The notes under the pieces are model-generated. The model had not been told where the DNA came from. It did not search any database and saw only the letters and a list, made by a program, of their open reading frames with translations. This document shows positions 27,079-34,691 of a stretch of DNA of 42,470 bases, piece after piece. A program made the translations under genes and the position numbers. Location: the NCBI GenBank assembly GCA_050248375.1, contig JBFWSL010000001.1, positions 1 to 42,470 on the forward strand, read 5' to 3'. The stretch is from Hyphomicrobiales bacterium. GTDB lineage: Bacteria; Pseudomonadota; Alphaproteobacteria; Rhizobiales; Methyloligellaceae. How positions within the stretch are numbered: position 1 is the stretch's first letter; the number at the start of each line of letters is the position of its first letter.

Positions 27079-27906
27079 ATGATCGCCGTATCGGCGCTTC
27101 CGCTGCGCGGCGGGAACACGGCGAGGGCGGCCGTCGCCATCGCCGCGGCGATCCTGATCTGGGAACTCGGTTCCCGTAGCGGAGAGTGGCTCGGCGTCCC
27201 CGTTCCCGTGCTGGGCAAGGTGCCGCCGCCAAGCGCGGTGCTGGTCTCCTGGTACGGCCTGCTGGGCGACGCCGGCTACTGGCAGAGCTGGTATATGAGT
27301 TTCCTGCGGGTGCTCGGCGGCTTCGGGGCCGCCATGATCATCGGCATTCCGCTCGGGCTGTTCATGGCCCTGAACCGCGCCTTCCACGACACCTTCTTTC
27401 CAGCCTTCGAGGTGCTGCGGCCGATCCCGCCGCTCGCCTGGGTTCCGGCGGCGATCGTCTTCTGGCCCACCCAGGAGCTCTCCATCGCTTTCATCACCTT
27501 CCTCGGCGCGTTCTATACCATCGTCATCAACGTGGTGGACGGTGCGCGCGCCATCGACAGCCGCTACTTCCAGTCCGCCTACTCCATGGGCGCGTCGCGC
27601 TGGAACGTGTTCCGCCGCGTGATTCTGCCGGGCGTGATTCCATCCATCATGGTGGGCGCGGCCGTGGGCATGGGCATCACCTGGGAGGTGGTGGTGGCCG
27701 CGGAGATGATCTCGGGCGGCGGCAGCTCCATGAGCGGCGGCGGCACGGGCGGCGGACTCGGCTTCTTCATCTGGAATTCCTACACGGGCGGCTCCTACGA
27801 GCAGATCATCGTCGGCATGCTCAGCATCGGCATAGCCGGTTACCTGTCCAGCGGCGCCATCCGCCTGCTGGGCGACCTGCTGACGCCATGGCTGAGGCGG
27901 AGATGA
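27079..27906 (+). CDS. ABC transporter permease 2 (NitT/TauT family)
   Basis: Second, distinct permease paralog. EAA-loop AIDSRYFQSAYSMGASRWNVFRRVILPGVIP. Carries a Gly-rich insert SGGGSSMSGGGTGGGLG. Confidence 0.8.
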   Translation: MIAVSALPLRGGNTARAAVAIAAAILIWELGSRSGEWLGVPVPVLGKVPPPSAVLVSWYGLLGDAGYWQSWYMSFLRVLGGFGAAMIIGIPLGLFMALNRAFHDTFFPAFEVLRPIPPLAWVPAAIVFWPTQELSIAFITFLGAFYTIVINVVDGARAIDSRYFQSAYSMGASRWNVFRRVILPGVIPSIMVGAAVGMGITWEVVVAAEMISGGGSSMSGGGTGGGLGFFIWNSYTGGSYEQIIVGMLSIGIAGYLSSGAIRLLGDLLTPWLRRR

Positions 27907-28787
27907 AAGGGAGCGCCGCCATGCGGGAGAAGCCGGGCGCGGACGCCGGATTCGGCCATGTCGAGGTTGTCGGCGTCCACAAGACCTACGGCGCCGGACC
28001 CTTCGAGAAGCCGGTCATCGACCAGTGCTCCTTCGACATCGAGCCCGGCAGGCTGACGGTGATGATAGGCCCGTCGGGTTGCGGCAAGAGCACCCTGGTC
28101 AAGCTGATCGCGGGCTTCGAGCGGCCGACCCGGGGCAGGGTTCTTTCCGGCGGCAGGCCGGTGACCGGGCCGGGCAGGGACCGTCTGGTGGTCTTCCAGG
28201 AAACGGCGCTCTATCCATGGATGACCACCGAGGAGAATGTGCTCTACGGCCCGAGGGCGCGCGGCGAGACGGGGCCGGCCACTATGCGGCTCGCGGAGTC
28301 GCTGCTCGCGCGGGTGGGCCTGACCCAGTTCCGCCGCAGCTTTCCGAGCCAGCTCTCCGGGGGCATGCAGCGCCGCGCCGAGCTGGCGCGGGCCATGATC
28401 AACAACCCGGCGGTGATGATCCTGGACGAGCCGTTCCGCGGCCTCGACGCCATGACCAAGGCGCTGATGCAGGACTATTACGCGACGCTGTTCGAAGAGC
28501 ACCGGCGCACCCAGCTCTTCGTCACCACCGACATCGACGAAGCCATCTTCCTTGCCGACCGCCTGCTGATCATGTCCAACATCCCGACACGGGTGAGGGC
28601 GGTGATCGACGTGGACCTGCCGCGCCCCCGCAAGCTGGGCGACGTGGTGGAGAGCGACCGCGCCAACGAGATCAAGATCGAGGCGCTGTCGCTGCTGCAC
28701 GAGGAGGCCATGAAGGCCTTCGCGGGTGGCAGCAGGGCGGCTTCCGATTTCGTCGCCGCCTACGCGCGGCGGCTGGGAAGAGATTGA
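27903..28787 (+). CDS. ABC transporter ATP-binding protein 2 (H-loop His replaced by Thr)
   Basis: ATGA overlap with permease 2. This is the in-frame C-terminal 294 codons of ORF 27186..28787. Walker A GPSGCGKST, signature LSGGM, Walker B MILDEPF. The H-loop reads VTTD instead of (I/V)THD. Confidence 0.85.
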   Translation: MKGSAAMREKPGADAGFGHVEVVGVHKTYGAGPFEKPVIDQCSFDIEPGRLTVMIGPSGCGKSTLVKLIAGFERPTRGRVLSGGRPVTGPGRDRLVVFQETALYPWMTTEENVLYGPRARGETGPATMRLAESLLARVGLTQFRRSFPSQLSGGMQRRAELARAMINNPAVMILDEPFRGLDAMTKALMQDYYATLFEEHRRTQLFVTTDIDEAIFLADRLLIMSNIPTRVRAVIDVDLPRPRKLGDVVESDRANEIKIEALSLLHEEAMKAFAGGSRAASDFVAAYARRLGRD

Positions 28788-28837
28788 CTCGCGCTTGCGC
28801 GCCAGGGTCCTTCCTCCTCGCTCCCGGAACCGGCAAG

Positions 28838-28942
28838 GTCGGATACGAGAGCCCATCCCAATTCAGCCGCGAATACAGTCGCCTGTTCGGTGCCCCTCCG
28901 ATGCGCGATATCAGGAACCTGATTCAGGCTGCCGCCGGCTAG
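28838..28942 (+). pseudogene. Remnant of an AraC-family regulator (last ~34 codons only)
   Basis: Translates VGYESPSQFSREYSRLFGAPPMRDIRNLIQAAAG*, the second HTH and C-terminus of AraC/XylS proteins. Nothing AraC-like lies upstream in any frame. It abuts the ATPase stop at 28787. Confidence 0.6.
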
Positions 28943-28998
28943 CGAGTTTCAGGCAATTGCCGCGTGCTGGAGCGGGCTTCGAAACTCAGATACCGGAT

Positions 28999-29069
28999 GT
29001 CCGCCTTGGGTCGGGAGCGGACGCAGACTGCCAGCCACACAGATGTCCGCTCTCATGCCCTGAGCGGCC
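28999..29069. repeat. REP-like element: two hairpins built on GATGTCCGC (GTCCGC-N12-GCGGAC and GTCCGCTC-N9-GAGCGGCC)
   Basis: Read directly. The reverse strand reads ...PKADI..., the pseudo-peptide typical of a widespread alphaproteobacterial intergenic repeat (from memory). Confidence 0.5.
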
Positions 29070-29277
29070 AATCAGCCTCATGATTTCCGGTGAGCCATCC
29101 CAGGCGGGCGGCGCCAGACGCGCGGCGGCCGTCCGCCCGGTGCCGGTAACGGACATCGGGCGCCCGCTGACATTGCTGACAGCATGACGCACGGGACAAT
29201 CCGCCGCGAAGGCCGCAGCCAGGCAAGGGATAGGATTCAAGGACGCATGCGCACAAGCTCGACCGAAGGAGAGAACA

Positions 29278-29709
29278 ATGGCCCGAAAGCGATTTCGCAA
29301 TCTGCGCCGCAGGCTCGCGGCGCGGCACCGCAGACACCGCTATCCCGTCCTGGCGCGTGCGCTTGGTTCACTCAGCGATGCAGAGATCGACACCGCGCTG
29401 GCGGATGCCGGCCTCTCCCGGGTCGATCTCTTCACGCCGCGCGACGCCGTGGCCACGCACCGCTCGCGGATGGCATGCATGCTGAAGATGCTCGAGGTAG
29501 ACGTGGTGGATGCGGTCGAGCGCGACTGGGAAACGCTCAAGCAGGCCGACCATGTCTGCTCCCGCTGCGCCGAAGTGGGACGCTGCCGCCGCTGGCTCGA
29601 ATGGGGCGGCGTGAACGAGGCGCCGATGGTGTTCTGCCCGAATGCCGCTGCTTTCCGCGCCCTTGCCGCCGGGCAGGCCAGGCGGAAGCTGGGCGGTTAT
29701 CTGGTTTGA
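29278..29709 (+). CDS. Small Arg-rich protein with a DUF1127-like N-terminal motif and a C-x2-C-x5-C ... FCPN C-terminal module
   Basis: Strong AAGGAGAG SD. 143 aa. LGSLSDAEIDTALADAGLSRVDLF resembles the DUF1127 signature. The C-terminal half reads HVCSRCAEVGRCRRWLEW...MVFCPNAAAF, DUF6455-like from memory. Confidence 0.65.
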   Translation: MARKRFRNLRRRLAARHRRHRYPVLARALGSLSDAEIDTALADAGLSRVDLFTPRDAVATHRSRMACMLKMLEVDVVDAVERDWETLKQADHVCSRCAEVGRCRRWLEWGGVNEAPMVFCPNAAAFRALAAGQARRKLGGYLV

Positions 29710-29717
29710 GCCCCGCG

Positions 29718-30917
29718 TCAGCGTCCTTGTGACTGTACCAGCATCGGTCCGTAGCTGGCCACGAAGGCGAGAAACGCGGCTGACCAGGCGATCCCGCCCG
29801 CCAGCAGCAGAGTGTCGTATGACCCGGGTATCAGGCCCGCGCAGACGCGAAACAGCGCCCCCGCCGTGACGAGGGTATAGATCGCGATTGTAGCCGCGTC
29901 CGCGGTCAACTCCCGGCCGGTGTGTCCGCGGCTGGCCCGTGTCATGACGGCAAGTGTCATTGTGCCGATCGCTCCCGCCGTAAGGGAATGCAGCGCGGTC
30001 GAACTGTCTATGGCGGCGGGAAAGAATACGGCCAGGCCCATCAGCAGCAGAGCCGCGGCGAGCCATGCGTAGCCAAGATGCAGGATGGCCACCAGTGGCT
30101 CGCGCAGTGTCTTCTCCCCGTGCCACCGCAGCAGACGGATGACATGCATCACACCGGACCCGACAAGCATCGCGCCGGTTATTTTCGCCTCGGGCTGCAG
30201 AACCCACCCGGCAAGCGCGATTGCCGAAGCGGCCATCGTCAACTGGTCGAAACGACCGAAGGGCGCGGGCAGGGGCTCGACGTTGAGGCGCGCCATCCAG
30301 TTGCGCGTGAAGCTCGGCGTGATACGCCCGCCGATGAGTCCGATGAGCAGCGCCATGACGGCAAGGGCCATCCGTTCGCCGATCCCCGCCAGTTCCGGCA
30401 CAGCGGGCCCGGCATGAAACAGGACATTGGACAGGGCGAATATGGTTACGAGGACGCAGACCGGCAGGTTGCGCCAGTTTCGTCCGGCCGCGATCTCGCG
30501 CCAAAGCATGGCTGCCAGAACCAGCAGGAAGCCGGCATCGACCACGGCGGCGACGGCAACAGGAATTGGTAGATTTACCGCTATCCTGCCGGCGGCCCAC
30601 AGGGCCACCAGCATCAGCAGCGGCCGGCCGGCGACTGGCAGGCGCCCTGTCCAGTTCGGCACCGCCGTGAGCACGAAGCCGGCGACGACCGCGGCGAGGT
30701 ATCCATAGATCATTTCATGGACGTGCCATGAAAGCCCGTCGAGCGCTCCGGGCAATGCAAGTCCTGTATTCAGGACCGCGAGCCAGGCGGGCACCAAAAG
30801 GCCGGCATGGAGCGCGCCGAGCAGGAAGAACGGCCTGAACCCGCGCGACAGCACGGCGAGGTTCTCCAGCCGGCGATCGCGTCTTCTCGCTCCCACGGCG
30901 GCCTGCAGCCGGATCAT
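29718..30917 (-). CDS. nnrS: NnrS-family haem/copper membrane protein (NO-stress associated)
   Basis: Start set at ATG 30917 (MIRLQAAVG...). It overlaps the upstream stop as ATGA. LSRGFRPFFLLGALHAGLLVPAWL...WHVHEMIYGYLAAVVAGFVLTAVPNWTG matches NnrS. Confidence 0.85.
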   Translation of the reverse strand: MIRLQAAVGARRRDRRLENLAVLSRGFRPFFLLGALHAGLLVPAWLAVLNTGLALPGALDGLSWHVHEMIYGYLAAVVAGFVLTAVPNWTGRLPVAGRPLLMLVALWAAGRIAVNLPIPVAVAAVVDAGFLLVLAAMLWREIAAGRNWRNLPVCVLVTIFALSNVLFHAGPAVPELAGIGERMALAVMALLIGLIGGRITPSFTRNWMARLNVEPLPAPFGRFDQLTMAASAIALAGWVLQPEAKITGAMLVGSGVMHVIRLLRWHGEKTLREPLVAILHLGYAWLAAALLLMGLAVFFPAAIDSSTALHSLTAGAIGTMTLAVMTRASRGHTGRELTADAATIAIYTLVTAGALFRVCAGLIPGSYDTLLLAGGIAWSAAFLAFVASYGPMLVQSQGR

Positions 30918-31708
30918 TGTACCAGCGGCCCGTCGGCCCCGCGGATATCCACGCCCTGGATATCGGCGCGCCCGGCCAGGATCGAGACATACTGCGTTGC
31001 CGCCCGCCGCCAGCTCGACTCGTGCAGCCATGCGGCGATGTGCTCGCGGACCATCTCGAAGGGCAGCGTCTTGCCCTCTATCTTCCGGTCGAGCCGCAAC
31101 ACATGAACGCCATAGCGGGTCTTGACCGGAACAGGGCACAGTTGCCCCGGCTCAAGCGCCACGAGAAAGGTTTCGAACTCCGTCACGGTCTGTCCACGGC
31201 CAATCTGTCCGAGGTTCCCGCCCGACTTTCCGGAGGGACAGGCGGACCTGGCTTGCGCCATGCGGGCGAAGGCCTCGGGAAACTCCGTCAACTCGGCGAT
31301 GATCGTCTCCGCCTCTTCGACAGCGCGTGCATACTCGGCCTTGTCTGCTGGCGAGCAGGCGATCAGGATGTGGGCCGCTTCGAACAGATCCTGACCGCGG
31401 AAGCGCTGCGGATTGTTGTCGTAGTAGCGGCGGCAGCTCGACTCGTCGGCGGACGGAACGCGCAGCTCCCTTTCGAGCAGCTCCCGGATTGCAGCCTCTT
31501 CGTCTGTTTCCCGGCGTCCTTCCCCGTCGGCCAGCGGCTGGGGCTCGATGCCGATGCGCCGAGCCTCCTGCAGCAGCAGTTCCCGTATCGCGAGGGCGCA
31601 TGCCGCTTCCTCCCTCGCGGCGTCGCCGGATTCAGCCGGGTGATTCTGGGCTTCCTCGGCAATCAGCCTTTCCGGGATGCGCACTCCATTCACGGAAACG
31701 GTCTGCAT
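30914..31708 (-). CDS. PpiC/parvulin-type peptidyl-prolyl isomerase associated with nar operons
   Basis: 264 aa. Parvulin core FEAAHILI...CPSGKSGGNLGQIGRGQTVTEFE...YGVHVLRL. It starts 4 nt after the narI stop. Confidence 0.8.
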   Translation of the reverse strand: MQTVSVNGVRIPERLIAEEAQNHPAESGDAAREEAACALAIRELLLQEARRIGIEPQPLADGEGRRETDEEAAIRELLERELRVPSADESSCRRYYDNNPQRFRGQDLFEAAHILIACSPADKAEYARAVEEAETIIAELTEFPEAFARMAQARSACPSGKSGGNLGQIGRGQTVTEFETFLVALEPGQLCPVPVKTRYGVHVLRLDRKIEGKTLPFEMVREHIAAWLHESSWRRAATQYVSILAGRADIQGVDIRGADGPLVQ

Positions 31709-31712
31709 GGCC

Positions 31713-32450
31713 TTACTCCGCGGACAGGCGCCGCGGCGTTCCGGGATAGCCCGGAGCCGCCGTTGTCTGGCGTGACCGGACCACCTGGTAGCCCGGACGC
31801 CACAGATAGCGTACCGGCGCGCTGAGCATATGAACCAGCCGGGTGAAAGGGAACAGCAGGAAGATCGTCAGGCCAAGGAACAGGTGCGCCTTGAAGATCC
31901 AGTGGGAGTCGCGGACATAGTCGGCCACGCCCGATTGGAAGGTGAATATGCCCTGCGCCCAGGACATGAAAGTGACCATCTCGCCGCCGTCCAGGTGCTG
32001 CATCGACACGGGAATGGTGCCGAGACCCAGGCCGAGCTGCACCACCAGGATCGCCAGTATGGCGATATCCGCGAAGCTCGACGTGGTGCGGATGCGCGCA
32101 TCGAACAGGCGCCGGTGCAGCAGCACCAGTCCGCCGATCAGGGCGAAGACTCCCGCGATGCCGCCCACCACGATGGCCATCATCTGCTTGGCGCCGTGGC
32201 TTATGCCGATCCAGTCGAAGATCTCGATGGGCGTCAGCAGGCCGACCAGATGGCCGAAGAACACGATCAGAACGCCCACATGGAACAGCACCGAGCCGAG
32301 GACGAGCTGGCGCCGGCGCAGCAACTGGCTCGAGCCCGACCGCCACGTGTAGGGCTCGAGGTCGTAACGAAGCATGCAGCCGATGGCGAATACCGCCAGG
32401 CAGATATAAGGATAGATGCCGAAAACGAAGGTATTGATCCAGTCGCTCAT
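31713..32450 (-). CDS. narI: Respiratory nitrate reductase gamma subunit
   Basis: Start set at ATG 32450 (MSDWINTFVFGIYPYICLAVFAIG...). Collinear with E. coli NarI, including RYD..YTWR.SSQ and LFHVGVL..F.GH. Confidence 0.92.
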   Translation of the reverse strand: MSDWINTFVFGIYPYICLAVFAIGCMLRYDLEPYTWRSGSSQLLRRRQLVLGSVLFHVGVLIVFFGHLVGLLTPIEIFDWIGISHGAKQMMAIVVGGIAGVFALIGGLVLLHRRLFDARIRTTSSFADIAILAILVVQLGLGLGTIPVSMQHLDGGEMVTFMSWAQGIFTFQSGVADYVRDSHWIFKAHLFLGLTIFLLFPFTRLVHMLSAPVRYLWRPGYQVVRSRQTTAAPGYPGTPRRLSAE

Positions 32451-32460
32451 CTCGTTCCCC

Positions 32461-33165
32461 TCATTGTCCCGCGGTGTCCCGGGCCGCCCGCCGCCCGGCA
32501 CGGACCTGCATCGCCAGCCTGTCGATGCCGCATTCGCCGATATTCTCGCCGGGGCCGAAGCTCACGGGCGTCTCCGCCCAGGCGGCGTCCAGCGCTTCCA
32601 GGTCATCGGGATTGTCTTCGGGCCGGGACAGCAGGTTCAGTACGTCGGATCGTTCCGGCTTTCCCGCGGCGATCTTCTCCAGCGCGCGGAAGACGGCCCA
32701 GTAGGGGCTGCGGCGTTTGCGCAACCGCTCCTTGATCGCGCTTACGATGTGCAGGGGCTCGTTGAGCAGATCGCGCGCCTCGTCCAGCGGTATGAGAGAA
32801 AGATATTCGAGGAACAGCGGCAGGAAGTCCGGCAGTTCCCGTGCGGCGATGTCGAAGCCGCGCTCCTCGTACATGGCGCCGAGCTCGACCAGCGCCTTGC
32901 CGCGGTCGCGGCTCTCGCCATGCACGTGCTCGAAAAGATGCAGCGACAGCGAGCGCGTGCGGTCGAACAGGAACACGTAACGCGCCTGCATGTCGTAGAG
33001 ATCGCCTTCCCCGATCCCGCCGATCAGTCCGTTGAGCGCCCGCAGCTCGGGAGCGGGAACGAGCCCTTCGGCCTCCAGCGCCGCCGTAAGGTCTGGTGCG
33101 GCCTGCTGCAATTCCCTGGTAGGGTAGGAAAGCAGCAGCGACAGAACCTTGAACGTCCTGGTCAT
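32461..33165 (-). CDS. narJ: Nitrate reductase molybdenum-cofactor assembly chaperone
   Basis: 234-aa C-terminal part of ORF 32461..33966, beginning MTRTFKVLSLLLSYP. Contains LFEHVHGESRDRG as in NarJ. Its start overlaps the narH stop by 1 nt. Confidence 0.9.
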   Translation of the reverse strand: MTRTFKVLSLLLSYPTRELQQAAPDLTAALEAEGLVPAPELRALNGLIGGIGEGDLYDMQARYVFLFDRTRSLSLHLFEHVHGESRDRGKALVELGAMYEERGFDIAARELPDFLPLFLEYLSLIPLDEARDLLNEPLHIVSAIKERLRKRRSPYWAVFRALEKIAAGKPERSDVLNLLSRPEDNPDDLEALDAAWAETPVSFGPGENIGECGIDRLAMQVRAGRRAARDTAGQ

Positions 33166-34691
33166 CACATAACCTCCGTGGGTGTGCGTACCGTGCGCGG
33201 CCGCTTCGAGCCGAACAGGCTGGCCTGAGAGCCGCCGCCGGAGCAGCCGTTGCCGAAGCTGAAGCCGCACTCGCCGCGCAGCTCGTAGGCGTCCTCGCCC
33301 ACCTCCCGGTGCGACGTCGGTATGACGAAGCGGTCCTCGTAGTCGGCGATGGCCATGACCTTGTACATCTGCTCGATCTGCGGACCGGTCATGCCGACCT
33401 TCTTCGCCACCTTCTCGTCGATCACGCCATCCACGGTCTTGGCCCGCATATAGGCGCGCATGGCCAGCATCCGCTCCAGCGCGGAAACGACAGGCTCTTC
33501 CTTGCCCGCGGTGAGCAGGTTGGCGAGGTAGCGCACCGGAATGCGCAACGAGCGGACGTCGGGCATCGCCCCGTCGAGGCCGATCTTGCCGGCCTGCGCC
33601 GCCGACTGAATGGGCGAGAGCGGGGGCACGTACCACACCATCGGCATGGTGCGGTATTCCGGATGCAGCGGCAGCGCCACCTTCCAGTCCACGGCCATGT
33701 GATAGACGGGCGAGCGCTTGGCGGCTTCCAGCCAGTTGTCGGGAATGCCGTCCTTGCGCGCCTGTGCAACCACCTCGGGATCGTTCGGGTCGAGAAAGAT
33801 CGAAAGCTGCGCTTCGTAGAGATCCTGTTCGTCCGGGGTCGCGGCCGCCGCCGCGATCCTGTCGGCGTCGTAGAGCAGGACGCCGAGATAGCGAATGCGT
33901 CCGACACAGGTCTCCGAGCAGATGGTGGGTTGTCCCGCCTCGATGCGCGGAAAGCAGAAGATGCACTTCTCCGACTTGCCGCTCGACCAGTTGTAGTAGA
34001 TCTTCTTATAAGGGCATCCGGAGACGCACATGCGCCAGCCGCGGCATTTCTCCTGGTCGATCAGGACGATGCCGTCCTCCTCGCGCTTGTAGATGGCGCC
34101 GGACGGGCAGGCGGCGACGCAGGTGGGGTTGAGGCAGTGCTCGCACAGCCTCGGCAGGTACATCATGAAGGTGTTCTCGAATTCGCCGTAGATCTCCTTC
34201 TCGATGCCCTCGAAGTTGTAATCGGCGGAGCGCTTGGAGAATTCGCCGCCGAGGATTTCTTCCCAGTTCGGGCCCCACTCGATCTTCTCCATGCGCTCGC
34301 CGGTGATGAGCGAGCGCGGGCGCGCCGTCGGCATCGCTTCCGACTCCGGCGCGGTCTGCAGGTGCTCGTAGTCGAAGGTGAACGGCTCGTAATAGTCGTC
34401 GATTTCCGGCAGGTCCGGATTGGCGAAGATCTTGGCGAGGATGCGCCATTTCGAGCCCATCTTCGGCCTCAGCTTGCCGCCGCGCGTGCGCGCCCAACCG
34501 CCGTTCCAGCGCTTCTGGTTCTCCCAGTCCTTCGGGTAGCCGATGCCGGGCTTGGTCTCGACGTTGTTGAACCATGCGTATTCCATGCCCTCGCGGTTGG
34601 TCCACACGTTCTTGCAGGTGACTGAACAGGTGTGACAGCCGATGCACTTGTCCAGGTTCAGCACCATGCCGATTTGCGCGCGTATCTTCAT
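33165..34691 (-). CDS. narH: Respiratory nitrate reductase beta subunit
   Basis: 508 aa. MKIRAQIGMVLNLDKCIGCHTCSVTCKNVW plus further Cys clusters for the four Fe-S centres. Confidence 0.97.
   Translation of the reverse strand: MKIRAQIGMVLNLDKCIGCHTCSVTCKNVWTNREGMEYAWFNNVETKPGIGYPKDWENQKRWNGGWARTRGGKLRPKMGSKWRILAKIFANPDLPEIDDYYEPFTFDYEHLQTAPESEAMPTARPRSLITGERMEKIEWGPNWEEILGGEFSKRSADYNFEGIEKEIYGEFENTFMMYLPRLCEHCLNPTCVAACPSGAIYKREEDGIVLIDQEKCRGWRMCVSGCPYKKIYYNWSSGKSEKCIFCFPRIEAGQPTICSETCVGRIRYLGVLLYDADRIAAAAATPDEQDLYEAQLSIFLDPNDPEVVAQARKDGIPDNWLEAAKRSPVYHMAVDWKVALPLHPEYRTMPMVWYVPPLSPIQSAAQAGKIGLDGAMPDVRSLRIPVRYLANLLTAGKEEPVVSALERMLAMRAYMRAKTVDGVIDEKVAKKVGMTGPQIEQMYKVMAIADYEDRFVIPTSHREVGEDAYELRGECGFSFGNGCSGGGSQASLFGSKRPRTVRTPTEVM

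Noticed and set aside
21782-29070. Idea that the LysR-nitrilase-ABC block is a tRNA-His-integrated genomic island
   Set aside because: I saw no integrase or mobility gene, no duplicated copy of the tRNA 3' end at the far border, and no compositional difference by eye. Only circumstantial border features exist (tandem repeat, AraC remnant, REP-like element), and these are reported separately at low interest.
28726-29300. ORFs 28726..29187 (+) and 28986..29300 / 29053..29337 (-) in the gap after the AraC remnant
   Set aside because: They have no SD. They run across the REP-like hairpins, which explains the open frames, and have Arg/Pro/Ser-rich composition.
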